A stretch of DNA of 64,000 bases from Lama glama (taxonomy: Eukaryota): the NCBI GenBank assembly GCA_028534125.1, contig CM052832.1, positions 15,936,001 through 16,000,000 of the forward strand, in the 5' to 3' direction. Under the pieces are notes generated by a model. The model saw nothing but the letters and a program-made list of their open reading frames with translations. It had not been told where the DNA came from and did no database searches. A program made the translations under genes and the position numbers. This document shows, piece by piece, positions 51,285 through 64,000 of this stretch (position 1 is its first letter; each line of letters opens with the position of its first letter).

Positions 51285-51439
51285 TCATAAGGGTCCTTGG
51301 TGTCTGGAGGCAGCACCTGAGCGCAAGCCTTGGATAATGAAGACAGTGCCCACCATGATGCCTACGAGGCCCACGGTCAACCCCAGGGCACAGACCACAG
51401 TCTCCGTCAGCTCTGACACGGGGGTTGGAATCTCAGGTT
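51285..51439 (-). CDS. DQA: DQ alpha exon 4 (transmembrane, tail and stop)
   Basis: 155 coding nt. Translates [51 protein letters not shown], with a donor 20 nt after the stop. Confidence 0.95.
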
Positions 51440-51681
51440 CTGTGAGAGTGAAGTTGTGGAAGTCAGAACACAGAGTATTTCTGTGTGTGTAAATGGGATG
51501 GGGTAAGGGGCGGTTGGTTCTGCAAGATTTGGGGCATGGGACTTAGGGAGGAGAGTGAGGTCTGCATTAGAAACACTGAAAGTGTGAAGTTTGGGGCCAT
51601 GAGGACTAGGGGATAAGAGGCAGGATGTTCTAGACTCGACCGAGAAAAGAAGGTTCCAAAAGGGGTGGGACTCATACATAC

Positions 51682-51963
51682 CCCAGTGTTTCAGGAGTGG
51701 CTCATCCAGGCCCCAGTGCTCCACTTTACAGTCATAAATATCATCATCAGAAGGGAGGAAGGTGGCATAACTGATCTTGAGGAAGGAATGATCATTTTTG
51801 GAGAGGAAGCTGGTCTCAGAAACGCCTTCTGTGACAGAGCGCCCATTCCTCAACCACGTGATATTGATCACAGGAGGGAAGATGTTGTCCACGTGACAGA
51901 TGAGGGTGTTGGGCTGGCCCAGCATCACGGGGGCCTTGGGAAACACAGTCACCTCAGGAACCT
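51682..51963 (-). CDS. DQA: DQ alpha exon 3 (alpha-2 domain)
   Basis: 282 nt. Translates [41 protein letters not shown]...[21 protein letters not shown]. Confidence 0.95.
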
Positions 51964-52418
51964 CTATGGTGAGGAAACAGCACTGATGTGAAATGAGAAC
52001 AGCTCTGCCCTGGGGTCCCACACTGTGTCCTGGGGAGCCTGCCCACCAACACTGCCCAGTGTGATAGTGGAAGAGCTCTTATTCCCTCCTGCTTGGGACC
52101 CACTATTCACTCCCTCTGCTTTATCCCTGTCCCCTTCTTTTTGAGGACCTGCTTGTCAGGTGGGAGGGCTGGGATCTCTCCTTGAAAGATTCAAAGATTG
52201 CATTATGGGAGTAGGGATCTTTGTATCACATGGAGACATGTGATTTGTAATAAGGGGGAGGATGAGGGTTCAGCATTACCCTGAGAAAATCTGAGACTCC
52301 TTGGAAAGGAGAGAGTTTTATAGAGTGGTGAAGGGTATCTACCCCTGGGGATGAGGGGAGTGAGGCCAGGTATGAAGGGATAGATTCAATAAAGACAGAC
52401 AGCAGGGTGAACACATAC

Positions 52419-52667
52419 TGTTGGTAGCGGCAGTAGAGTTGGAGCGTTTAATCACGATGTCCAAGTTATGTTTCAGTGTGGCTATGTTTCTCAGTGCAAA
52501 TTGTGGGTCAAAACTTGTAAACTTGCTAAACACAGGCAGCTGCCAGACAGTCTCCTTCTTGTCCAGGTCCACGTAGAACTTCTCATCTCCATCAAATTCA
52601 TGGGTATATTGGCCAGAGGGACCGTAAGACTGGTAGACATTTACGCCATAGGAGGCAACGTGGTCAG
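52419..52667 (-). CDS. DQA: DQ alpha exon 2 (alpha-1 domain)
   Basis: 249 nt. Translates [83 protein letters not shown]. Confidence 0.95.
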
Positions 52668-53274
52668 CTGAGTCGGGGTGAGCATGAAGGTGGAAAGCAG
52701 AGGGAGATAAAAGAACCTCATTAAACAAAGTGACAGGAGAAACTGACTTTCATGTGTTGTGCGCTTTACACAGTGACTGCACCATAGTCTGTAGACAAAA
52801 TTCCCAGCACGTGCTTCCTCTCCCTTAGTGTTGGTTGTTGTCTGATTAGTTAAAAGGCCCTGAAACAAAGCCTCCTTATCTTTGCAATGAATCTTCTCGA
52901 TTTCTTTTTCAGACATGAATATATGCAACTATTCTTTTCAAGGTCCTTGTCCTTGGCTGCCAATTGTGGCTGAAAACATCACACTTCTGTGCCAACTGGA
53001 AACAATTCAGTTTTACAGTTTTATCCTTAGCTGGATCCTCTGTCCTGCTCGGCAATGGCCTTTCTGCTCTCCTGCACCATTTTCTTTCCATCACTAATCT
53101 GTGCACCTTCTAGGGGGCAGAAAGCACATCTTTTCATCTTTGAATCCCCCAAATGTAGCTTGCTGTGCTTAAAAATTGAACAGCAATTGCTATTCTTGAG
53201 CATCACAGAGATTTTGGAGAAGACTGACAGACTAAGAGTTAGCAGAACTGTATGAAAGTCAGAATCAGCAGTGA

Positions 53275-53545
53275 CCAGACGTGCATTATGATTTGTGAGT
53301 CCTAAGCACTGTTGCTTTGTGAGTCCCTTCTTTTATAAGAATGTTAAAAATCATATTTTATGACCATATTGGTATAAAGACAAATATAACCTAGGCTGGA
53401 TTAAAAATTAGAATATTTTCCCCTATCCTAAAAGTTCATCTTTTTCCAATTTTAAAATAAAAAAGTATTTTATGGGGCCCTACAAGCATTGCAGGCCCTT
53501 GGCACTGTGCCCACTGTGCCCGGCGTGTAAGCTGAGGCTGCCCAG
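53275..53545. mobile_element. Putative hAT-type DNA transposon remnant (MER45-like) in DQA intron 1
   Basis: Terminal motif ggggccct...gcaggcccttggcactgtgccc. Confidence 0.4.
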
Positions 53546-54731
53546 GACACCAGTGTGATGTTGAAGAAAGAAAATTCTGAAGAGCTCTGGAGAAGCAGGA
53601 GAAACTTCCACTACCACACAAAATTAGAATGGGAGCAGTCATGGTTAGTAAAGTTGTTGAAGGTTAGAGTAAACCCCATTTCACTTCCCCTTTGAACTAC
53701 CTGGTCTTTCTACTTTGATTTTTACAAACCCACTTTTCATGTCTATGAAACAACAGAGACATGAGCCAAGGATGGATCCTAGAAGGAAAGGATCGTAAAG
53801 GAAAGTATGAAGAGAGGGTGGAAGAGGTGGACAGCAAAGGCAGGGGGGCCTGGAGAACATAATAAACAATCTGTGCTTGTCCATTCTTCTTGAAGGACTT
53901 CCTTCTTTAGACGGGGTGAAGAACAGGAGATCTGGGCTGACAATTTGAAAACAATGTAATTTAATTCATCAAGTTTCTCATCATAAAGTTCTCAATTTAA
54001 AATAAAAATAAATTTCTTGCTTTGTTAAAGGAAAAAAGTGAAGCTACACCTGTAATGGTAATACTAAAAAATAAGAATAATCTTTGACATTTGTGTGTCT
54101 TTACTTAGAAAGCATATCTACACACCCATTTTATTTATTTGTGGGGTGACACATGTGAGGTAATGAGATTGGTGAGGACCATTGGTAAAATGACTTGTCT
54201 AAAGGCATCCGCTGGGCTCGCTGACCCATTCCCCACCTGTGCCAGATTCCAGCCTGGAAATGTATGTAAATCTGAGACTAAGAAAAGGTCACCCTTCTTT
54301 ACATCTACATAGTACACGTAATTCATGGAACTATTTACCACAAGATAAACTGCAGGAGAAATATGTAAAAAGCTTCAAAGGTTGTTCAGAGAAATTTGGG
54401 AGCAGTAGTCCATGAATTTTTTGTAATGAAACATCTACTTGTGGAAACACCTCTAATCTTGGAGGCAACCGTGAATGAATGCCCTGGGCCCCTCCAGGAC
54501 ACCTTCACTGGATCCAGTATCAGAAGCAGAATGATGTCCTTGGTGCACTCTGCAACAGCACAGGTCGCGCGGGGAGTGAGGTGGGACCTTAGTTTCCTGA
54601 AGGAGGAACGACTGTAATATTGAGAACACTTTGAGGAGTCCCTATTACTTTTATGCCAATCTCTACCTTTTTCCCCCTCCAATTCCCTGCTCCCCAACTC
54701 TAGTCTCCACATGTCTCAGCCGTGCACTCAC

Positions 54732-54813
54732 CCACGATGTCTTGAGCTCTGCAGGGGCTCATCACGGTGGTCAGGGTGAGGACCCCCAGAATCAGAGCTC
54801 TGTTTAGGATCAT
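54732..54813 (-). CDS. DQA: MHC class II DQ alpha chain exon 1 (signal peptide)
   Basis: 82 nt. Translates MILNRALILGVLTLTTVMSPCRAQDIV with donor GTGAG. Confidence 0.95.
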
Positions 54814-54928
54814 CCTCTTCTCCAGGTGGTCTCAGCGGTCGCTCTTCTGGGCTGCACGGCAGTGATGAAGGCTGAGCTGAGAAGGAGCTCTAAAGACGCC
54901 CAAACCAGACTCTGCCAGGTCAGGTTTT

Positions 54929-54972
54929 AGCCAATCAGAAAAATCCCGTATGATGACGCCTCAGTTGCTGGT
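54929..54972 (-). promoter_or_regulatory. DQA proximal promoter X/X2-Y boxes
   Basis: On the minus strand: ACCAGCAACTGAGGCGTCATC, then CTGATTGGCT at 54929-54938. Confidence 0.9.
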
Positions 54973-56439
54973 TGAAGACTTTGTACTAAGTGGCCTGCAC
55001 AGGGTTGGGAAATCCCCTGGACCTGACAGAGTTTTCCACGAAGGGAGGGAGTGTATGAAATCAGAATCCTCTTGCATGTGTGTCTGCCTGCTGGTGACAA
55101 GACGGGTGGGAATTTCTGAGCAGTCTCATGGATAAATGAGGTCATCACTCATATGGTATCTGACAGGACTGTCTGGGTTACAACTTCCAAGAATTCTCCC
55201 TGAATTGATCGCTTCCCTGGCAGCCCTCAGCCCCTCTCCTTTCCCTGGCCTCCATATGTGGGCTAATCGTCTTTCTGCTCGCTTCCCTAGCACGTGTGGA
55301 ATTCTCTAAACACTGGGTGACCCAGGGGATTTCTGCTGGTGGTAGCCAAGGAGTACCTCTGCCTTTTCTGCTTCTATAAATCCAGTTTAGTAAATTACTC
55401 TTCTCATCCTCTCCAAAGCTCCACTGACTGCACCCAGGGTAATAAAAGGACTTACCATGTCATGCAGGGCAGCCTAAGGTAACTGCATGATCTTCCATTT
55501 GAATGTTTTCCCTGCCTTGAGTATTTATGCTCTGTGTTTTGGTGAACCTATCTACCTTTAAAAGAATTTGGGGGACAGTGATTACATTAAAGGAAGCTCT
55601 GTCTGGCTTGCTGTGTAGTTTTTTTAAAATTTAAGAATGTCACATCAAATGTTGAGGGTGGAATCCAAGGAACCGCTGTGACTTAGAAAATTGTTTTTCT
55701 TCTATTCACCTACTGGATATTTTAACATTTTTTATCCTGCCACATTAAGATTCCAGGTACTTTTGAGGAACCAGGGACTGAGCTCAAGTCAAAGGAAGTT
55801 TTTAGAGAGAGAGACCCTTTTTTCCCCAGAAGATTCAATTTTCCGTGTGTTATGGAAGCCGCAAGTTAACGGGGGTTCCATTTAGAATCAATCACCCTGT
55901 CCTTGTTGGCTGGCCCTCGGTTTCTCAGCGCTCAGTCTTAGCTCACAGTGACGGAGACTACAAAGAAGAGTGAGACAGAAAAAGCTGGCATCTGACAGCT
56001 GCCTGGCACCATTAATTAGGCCTTGGTGTTGCCAGGAATGGCCTGCTGGTCACAGCTAGGTTTTGGTGTTTTCTTGCTGAACGTCAGCAATGCCATGTAA
56101 CCGCAGCGTCAGACAGCCATTCTGTGACCATGATGGCTCAAAACAGAAGACAAGGCCACTCAGCAGTCACGTCTCAGCACAGGCAGAACATGAAGTGTGT
56201 CCAAATCGTGAAAGTGGCCAAGCATGCTTCTCCCCTGGGTAATATGAACGGCCTCTGCTCCTTTCCCAACTGCGGCTATAGCCTCAGTATAGTCTTCCTT
56301 CCTATTTGGTAAGATTTATTAAGATGCCTGATTATAGAATTACTCCACCCCCCACCCACTTCCTGACAGAATCCAATGAAGAACAGCCTCTCTTTCTTAA
56401 ATCCTCCTCCAAATTGCCTAGCACAAACCCAAAAGGTAT

Positions 56440-56840
56440 AATAGTTTAAGGGTCAGTTTTGTGTGTTACCTAGGCTATGGTCCTCAGTTATTCACTCAAA
56501 CATGAATCTAGGTGGTGCTCTGAAGATATCTTGTAGACGTGATTAAGGTCCATAATCATGTGATTTTAAGTAAAAGAGGTTATTTTAGACAATCTGGGTG
56601 AGCCAGAGCCAATCCAATGATGATTCTCAAGAGCAGACCTGAGGTTTCCCTGAGGGAAAGAGATTCCATCACGGGCTGAAGCTTTAGCCTGTGCGGAGAG
56701 CTCCAGCCTGCCTTTCCTGATGGTAGATAGCTCACCCTATGGTCTTGGACTTGCCTAGTCCATCCTCACAACTGTGTAAATGAATTCCTTGCAATAATTC
56801 TCTTAGCACATCTCTCCAACAGGTTCTGCTTCTCTGTTCA
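56440..56840 (+). mobile_element. ERVL (MLT2-like) LTR remnant
   Basis: ttttgtgtgt...ggctatggtcctcagttatt...tctaggtggtgctctgaagatat...ggttctgcttctctg. Confidence 0.65.
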
Positions 56841-58309
56841 GACATCTTCATTCTGAGATGCCCATGATTCCCCATGGTGAGCTGTCTTCTTCGCTGCAAT
56901 GAACAATAACAGCAACCTGCTTGTCCACAGATGTGCTCCTGGTGGCCCTTGGCCGAAGGTATTAATCACACTTCATTGGACTGTTGTAAAGGATACACAT
57001 ACGCTGCGCCTGGACTGAAAAGTTCCCAGGGCTCTTCAACTGTCCTTGTGATACTTTAGCATCATCCCCATTTTACAAGGAGACAATGGATTTCAGAAAG
57101 ATGAAAGAATTTGCCCAGGGTCACACAGCTGGTGAGTGCAGGGTTGAAATGTGACAAAGGCAAGTCATGAGTTCCTGTGGAGGGAAAAGATCTCTCATGT
57201 GGATTCAGAATTCAGTGTCTTAACATAATTAGGATAAATATGTGATTCTATATATGGCCTCATCATTCTTTCTAGTCTCTTCCATTATGGACCAAGAGGG
57301 ATTTTTGAGGTTCTACCTGAGATGCACTCCTTTTACCATGAAGCACCCTTTTCCTGTGCAGTAAATAACATGTTTCTATGCTTTTTCCTGGGTCCAGACT
57401 TATTTGCTTTGTATCTTAAAGAAATTCCTTATGATTTGGCAAACAATCAAAACCTTTCTTGATGGCGCTTCAGATTTTCACCTATTAATATTATAGTTAA
57501 ATAAATTGAACTCAAATTAGGAAGTTAGAGTGTTAAACATGCAGGATCAGAATTGTATCGTGGATGGGAAGTTGAAGGTCCAGTCTCAGATCTCACATCC
57601 TGCAGGATGCAGGGGAAGTCCAAGCAAGGCAGTGTCATTAACTAAGAGACAGAAGATGAGCTCTGTTTTCAACCTGACTCTGTGTCTCTCCTCTTCCTGT
57701 GGTCACACAATGAATCTTGCTCTCGTCGCTTCTGTCTTCAGGTCATAATTTTAACATAAAGTGAAATTATTAGTGAACTAGACTTAGATAGAGGAATGGT
57801 GTTCCAATTTAAAAACCAATTTGTTACATTTGTCTGAAAGGAAAATAAGAGATCCTATTCATAAATTAGTGGTGGAAATGAGGTTTGCAGTTTAAATATT
57901 ACTTTGTACAATAATTTTCTCAAAAATCATTAATTTTCTACCATTGATTTAAGACTTAAAATTGTCAATGGAATGGAATGTGTTACTATAACTTACATCT
58001 TTGAGAACTCTCTAAGAAATTAGTTAGTAACTCATGTTACTTCTAGTTAACATTTATAATGTTCACTAAGAACCTGTGTATTTTCAAGTTCTTTAGTTCT
58101 GACTTTCAATTATTTTGCCCTGATACAACCCTAGTTATTATGCATTGGTGAAATTTTACTACAAGGGCCAAGCCTCCACCATCTAGAAGTAGGTAAAGAT
58201 GCTTCACAACAACAACAGAATCCAGAGCAATAAAGTAAAAAGAAGACGGACTTTGTAATCAAGTGAATAAGTATTCAATAATGCTTTTGATTTTATCAGC
58301 TGCATTGCT

Positions 58310-61300
58310 GAAAGACACTGAAGAAGACACAAACAAATGGAAAGACATTCTGTGTTCATGGATTGGAAGAATTAATATTGTTGAAATCCCCATATTAGCC
58401 AAAGGCAATTATTGATTTAATGTGATCCCCATCAAAATACCAGTAGCATTCTTCACATAAACAACAACAGCAAATCCTAAAATTTGTATGGAACCACACA
58501 AGACCCTGAATAACCAAAGCAATCCTGAAGAAGAAGAACAAAGCTGCAGGTATCACTCCTCCTGATTTCAAACTATACTACAAGTCTATGCAATAAAATA
58601 GTGTGGTACTGGCATATAAATAGACACACAGAGCAATGGAACAGAGTAGAGAGCCCAGAATCAAACCCTTGCACAAATGGTCAACTGATATTTGCCAAGG
58701 GATCCTACCTAGATCATCCAAAGGGAAAGAATATACTCTTTAACAAATAGTGCTGGGAAAACTGGACAAGTGCTTGCAGAACAACGAAATTGGTCCCCAT
58801 CTCAAACCACTCACAAAAATTAACTAGAAATGGATCAAAGCCTTAAACTTAAGATCTGATATCATAAAACTCCTAGAAGAAAACACGGGGAAGATGCTCC
58901 TTGACATCTGTCTTGGCAATGAGTTTTTGGATATGACACCTAAAGCACAAACAACGAAACCAAAAATCAACAAAAGGGGCTGCATCAAACTTAAAAGTTT
59001 CAGCACAGCAAAAGAACAATTAACAAAATAAAAAGCAACCTATAGAGTAGGGGAAATATTTGCAAATCATGTATTTGATAAGGGGTTCATATTCAAGACA
59101 TATGAAAAATTTAACAACTCAATAACAAAAAATCCCCACAAAAATGAGATTAAAAAGTGGGCAGAGGAACTATAGATATTTTTCCAAAGAGGACATTCAA
59201 ATGGCCAACAGGTACATGAAAAGATGGTCAACGTCAATAATCATAAGGGAAGTACAATCAAAACCACAATGTGCTATCATGTTACACCTGTTGGAATGGC
59301 TGTCATCAAGAAGGCAAGAGATAACAACTGTTGGCAAGGAGATGGAGATGTAATGTTGTACACGACATCCCTAGTACTTATTTATCTTATAGTTGAAAAT
59401 TTGTAAGTTTTTACTTCCTATGTCCAATTCTCCCTTCCCCCACTTCCCACCTCTAGTAACTGCAAATCTCATCCATTTTTCTATGAGTTTGTTTTTGAAG
59501 TATAATTGATCTACAACACTATGTTAGTTCCTGTTTCACAACGTCGTGATTCTATATTTCTATATATTTCAAAACGATCAGCACCACAAATCTAGTTGTG
59601 ATCTGTCACCATACAAAGATGTTACATAATTATTGACTCTGTTTCTGTACATTTCATACCTGTGACTCATTTATTTTGCATCTGAAGTTTATGCCTCTTA
59701 ATCTCCCTCACTACTTACTTTCTCTCCCTAGCCCTCTCCCCTCTGGCAACCACCTGTTTGTTCTTTGTCTCTATAACTCTGTTTCAGCTTTGTTATGTTT
59801 GTTCATCTGTTTTGTTTTTTAGATTCTACATATAAATGAAATTATTAAGGATACAAACTTGCAACAAGTAGTAAATAAGTCCTAGAGATCTAATGTATAG
59901 TATAGTGAACACTGTATTATAATAATCAAACTTGCTAAGATACTAGAAAATTATTCTAATCACTAGAAAGAAAGGATAATTTTGTAATATGATAGATGTG
60001 CTAATTATCACTACAATGGCAATAATATTATGGTATATAAATGTGTCAAATTAATATTATACAGCTTCAGTTTACACAGTGTTATATGTCAGATATATTT
60101 CAATAAGAAAATAAAAGAAAAGAAAAAAGAAAAAATAGGTAGCATAATTTAATTTCTATTAAAAAAATTGAAATTTTAATTAAAAACCTTTCAACAATGA
60201 AAACCCCAGGTCCAGATGACTCCACTGGCAATTTCACCAAACACTGCAGAAAGAAATAATACCAATTCTACAGGGACTGTTATGTAACTTAAAAAAAAGA
60301 AAGTGTATCTTAACTAACATTTTCTTATGAGATTAACATTTCCCTCTTCTTAAAACTTGACAAATATATTGCAAGAAAAGCAAACGACAGGTCAATATGC
60401 CTCATGGATAGATATTAAAAATTTTAAAAATAAAGTGAAATATTATTATCAAATAGAATCGAAGAATTTACAGAAAAGATAAATCATGACTAAGTGGGAT
60501 TCATTACAGGCATGCAGACTTGTTCGACATAATATTATGTAAATTATTGTATTAGTAGAATGAAAAACAGCCCACAATATACTCAATAGATGCAGAAAAA
60601 GCATTCAACAGAAAATTTTAAATTGAAGTATAGTTGATTTACAATATTGTATTAGTTTCTGGTGTACAATATAGTGATTCAATATTTTTATAGATTATAC
60701 TCCTTTTAAAGTTATTGTAAAATACTGGCTCTACTCCCTGTGCTGTATAATACATCCTTGTTGCCTGTTATTTTATATCTAGTAGTTTGTACCTCTTAAC
60801 CTCCATTCCTATTTTGCCCCTCCCCCTTGCCTCTCCCCACTGATAATCATTAGTTTGTTCCTTATATCTGTGAATCTGTTCCTGTTTTGCTGTATTCATT
60901 TATTTGTTTTATGTTTTTAGATTCCACATGTAAGTGATAACATGCAGTATTTGGCTTTTTCTGTCTGACTTATTTCACTAAGCATAATACCTTCCAGGTA
61001 CATCCATGTTGTTGCAAATGACTAAATTTCATTCTTTTTTTTATGGCTGAGTAATTCCATAGGATACATATACGACATTTCTTTATACAGTCATTTGTTG
61101 ATGGACACTTAGGTTGCTTCCATATCTTGACTATTGTAAATAATGCAGCTATGAACATGAGCGTGCATGTATCTTTTTGAATTAGTGTTTTCATTTTCTT
61201 TGGATACACACCTAGAAGCGGAACTGCTGGGTCATATGATAGTCTTATTTTTAGTTTTTTGAGGAATCTCCATACTGTTTTCCATAGTGGCTGCATCAAC

Positions 61301-62005
61301 ATTTGACAAAATTTAACCTCCATTCATGATTAAAAATTCTCAGCATGTCTTCAACCTGATAAGTGATATCTGTTAAAAACTATAACTAGCATGATGCTTA
61401 ATTTAAAAAGGCTAAATGCTTTTCTCCTAAAATTGGGAACAAAAGAAAAAGGATGCCTGCTCTCATTATTCCAAGTAAAAAATCATACTGCATATCTTAA
61501 CAGGTGCAGTAAGACAAAATAAACTAATAAATAAATGACATATAGCTTAGAAGAGAATAAAAGTCTCTCTATTCACAGACAAATATATCGTATAAAATCC
61601 CAAAGAAATAGAAAATCCAAAGAATCTACAAAACTTATTATAATTACTGTGTTTTTCAAGGTCACAAATTCAAAATCAATATACAAATATCAATTTTGTT
61701 TATATTTACTTGTAAGAAACAATTGAAAAATAAATTAAATAAATACTATATAAATAGCACCAAAACCCATAAAACACTTAAATATAAATCTTACAAAATA
61801 TATACAAATCTACATGCGAAATCTATGACCACTGATGAAAGAAATCAAAGAAGACCTAAAATACCCTGTCCATTGATAATATGACTCAATCTTTTTAAGA
61901 TGTCCTCAGTTTAATCTATAGATTCAATTCAATTTTATTCAAATTCTCAGCAGGAAATTTTTGTACAAATTGACAAAGGAATTCTAAAATTTATGTAGAA
62001 AAGTA
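58310..62005. mobile_element. Cluster of nested L1 fragments (ORF2 pieces on +; 3' ends on - at about 59350-59840 and 60615-61300)
   Basis: aaatggaaagacattctgtgttcatggattggaagaattaatattg, and minus-strand [31 protein letters not shown]. Confidence 0.9.
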
Positions 62006-62505
62006 NNNNNNNNNNNNNNNNNNNNNNNNNNNNNNNNNNNNNNNNNNNNNNNNNNNNNNNNNNNNNNNNNNNNNNNNNNNNNNNNNNNNNNNNNNNNNNN
62101 NNNNNNNNNNNNNNNNNNNNNNNNNNNNNNNNNNNNNNNNNNNNNNNNNNNNNNNNNNNNNNNNNNNNNNNNNNNNNNNNNNNNNNNNNNNNNNNNNNNN
62201 NNNNNNNNNNNNNNNNNNNNNNNNNNNNNNNNNNNNNNNNNNNNNNNNNNNNNNNNNNNNNNNNNNNNNNNNNNNNNNNNNNNNNNNNNNNNNNNNNNNN
62301 NNNNNNNNNNNNNNNNNNNNNNNNNNNNNNNNNNNNNNNNNNNNNNNNNNNNNNNNNNNNNNNNNNNNNNNNNNNNNNNNNNNNNNNNNNNNNNNNNNNN
62401 NNNNNNNNNNNNNNNNNNNNNNNNNNNNNNNNNNNNNNNNNNNNNNNNNNNNNNNNNNNNNNNNNNNNNNNNNNNNNNNNNNNNNNNNNNNNNNNNNNNN
62501 NNNNN
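62006..62505. other. Assembly gap (500 N)
   Basis: Run of N. Confidence 1.
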
Positions 62506-64000
62506 TTTTTTTTGGCCTTTCTTATCACAAAGATGTTATCCTACACTTTCTCATAATACAGTTTCTCTTTCCATATATAGAACTTTAATCCAAACTGATT
62601 TGTTTATACTTTGGGGGTTGTTTTTCGTTTGTTCAAACATTATAGAGTCTAACTCTGAAAAACCAATTGCTCCAACTGAACTTATTGAATCATGCATTCT
62701 TTCCCTACTGATTTGTAATACTTCCTTCATGATATGCTTAGTTTTTCCTTGGATTTTCTCCTCTGTTTCAATGATCTTTTGTCTTGCTGACAGATACTAA
62801 ACTGCTTCCATTACTAAAGCTTTATGATAACATTTACCATGAGGAATGGCACATTCTCTCTGTTCTTTTTTTTCAAAAATGCTTTGACTATTCTTGTACT
62901 TTTACTCTTACACTAGAATGTTTAGAATCAATTTCTCTAGTTCCATATGACTCACAAGACTCCTTTCAACTTCCCACTTCCTCTTTTCAGGACTCTTAAG
63001 ATTACATTGGGCCCACACAGATCATCTAAAACAATCTCCCTATTTCAGGGTCAACTGATTAACAACATTAACTCCATTTGCATCCTTAATTCCCCTGAAC
63101 CATGTAACCTAACATATTCCCAGGTTCCAGGGATTAGGAAGTGACCACAGAGGGGCGGAGAGAGGACAGACTCTATATTGTCTCCTTATTTCTCTCTACT
63201 GGGTCCTGGATGACTTCCCTCAGATTTATCATTCATTAATTCTTCAGCCAAGCCTGTTTTCTTTGTTTACCCATCTAAACAACATTATAATTTAATGACT
63301 GTATTTTCTACATTTGCTATTTCCATTTTGTTCTTAGTCAAATACAGCTGCTTCTGATTAATGTTATTGCTGCTTTATGGATTCTGTTCTTTCATTAGTA
63401 TCTTTGAATATTTGAAACATAGTTGTTTGAAAATTCCTTTTGAATTGCTCTTCTTACATGTGTTGTCCCATTTGTTGTGGCCACTGTCTATCACATCAGT
63501 AGGTTTCCTCAAATGTATTTTGACTTTAGTCTGTGAGCTCATTGGTTATCATTTGTTAGAGTTTCTCATAAACTCTGTTGTGCAATAATCCCATTACTAC
63601 ATAGATTTTATAGGCCAATTTTCATAATAGTTTCTGCATGCATAGCTTCTTCCCTACATGAGGTGTTCAAATGTGGGTTCTATACCTGAACTCAGCTTAC
63701 CTTGAGGGTTCTACCATTGCTGAAAACTTAGTTTTCAACCATTGCCTGATGCAAGCAAGTCATTTCCTGGCATACTCTGCCTGAACAACAGGTAGGGATT
63801 AATGGTGCCCTTTTCACAGATAATTCTTTTGCGAGCCTTAGATATACAGGAAGATTCATGCCAGGTTGTTACAATGCATGAGGCCTGTGACCTTAATGTT
63901 TGCTCCTGATCTGGTGTTGACAATCCAGCCTCCAGATATGTAGGATATGTGGGTGATGAAACCTATCATTCACTATCAAAAGTATGGGCTCCCTCTTGAT

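Noticed and set aside
55459..55491. Small inverted repeat TCATGCAG...CTGCATGA upstream of DQA
   Set aside because: An 8-bp stem can arise by chance in 64 kb, and there is no other support.
1..64000. CRISPR arrays, operons or other prokaryotic-type systems
   Set aside because: The sequence is intron-containing mammalian DNA, and no regularly spaced repeat-spacer array was seen.

Overview
This is mammalian genomic DNA, most likely camelid because it carries Vic-1-type tRNA-derived SINEs. It covers part of the MHC class II DR/DQ region and is broken by four N gaps (three of 500 N, one of 100 N). It contains: (i) a six-exon DRB gene (+, about 7.9-16.65 kb) whose exon 2 resembles the ruminant DRB2 lineage and which has lesions in exon 1, exon 5 and possibly the polyA signal; (ii) a complete DQB gene (-, 35303-29777) with a 12-nt in-frame insertion in exon 2 and a dead exon 5; (iii) a second, inverted DQB copy (+, 42588-46242) lacking exons 1-2 at a gap; (iv) an intact DQA gene (-, 54813-51285); (v) decayed DQB exon 3/4 remnants downstream of both DQB copies; and (vi) an orphan alpha-chain-type X-Y promoter with a fossil exon 1 upstream of DQB. 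A diverged ~2.5-kb direct repeat with a period of ~19 kb flanks the DRB gene. The remainder is L1, L2, MIR, LTR and DNA-transposon debris. I see no wholly new biological system; the notable items are allele-, locus- and regulatory-level oddities plus probable assembly artefacts. All alignments and repeat-family calls were made by eye.
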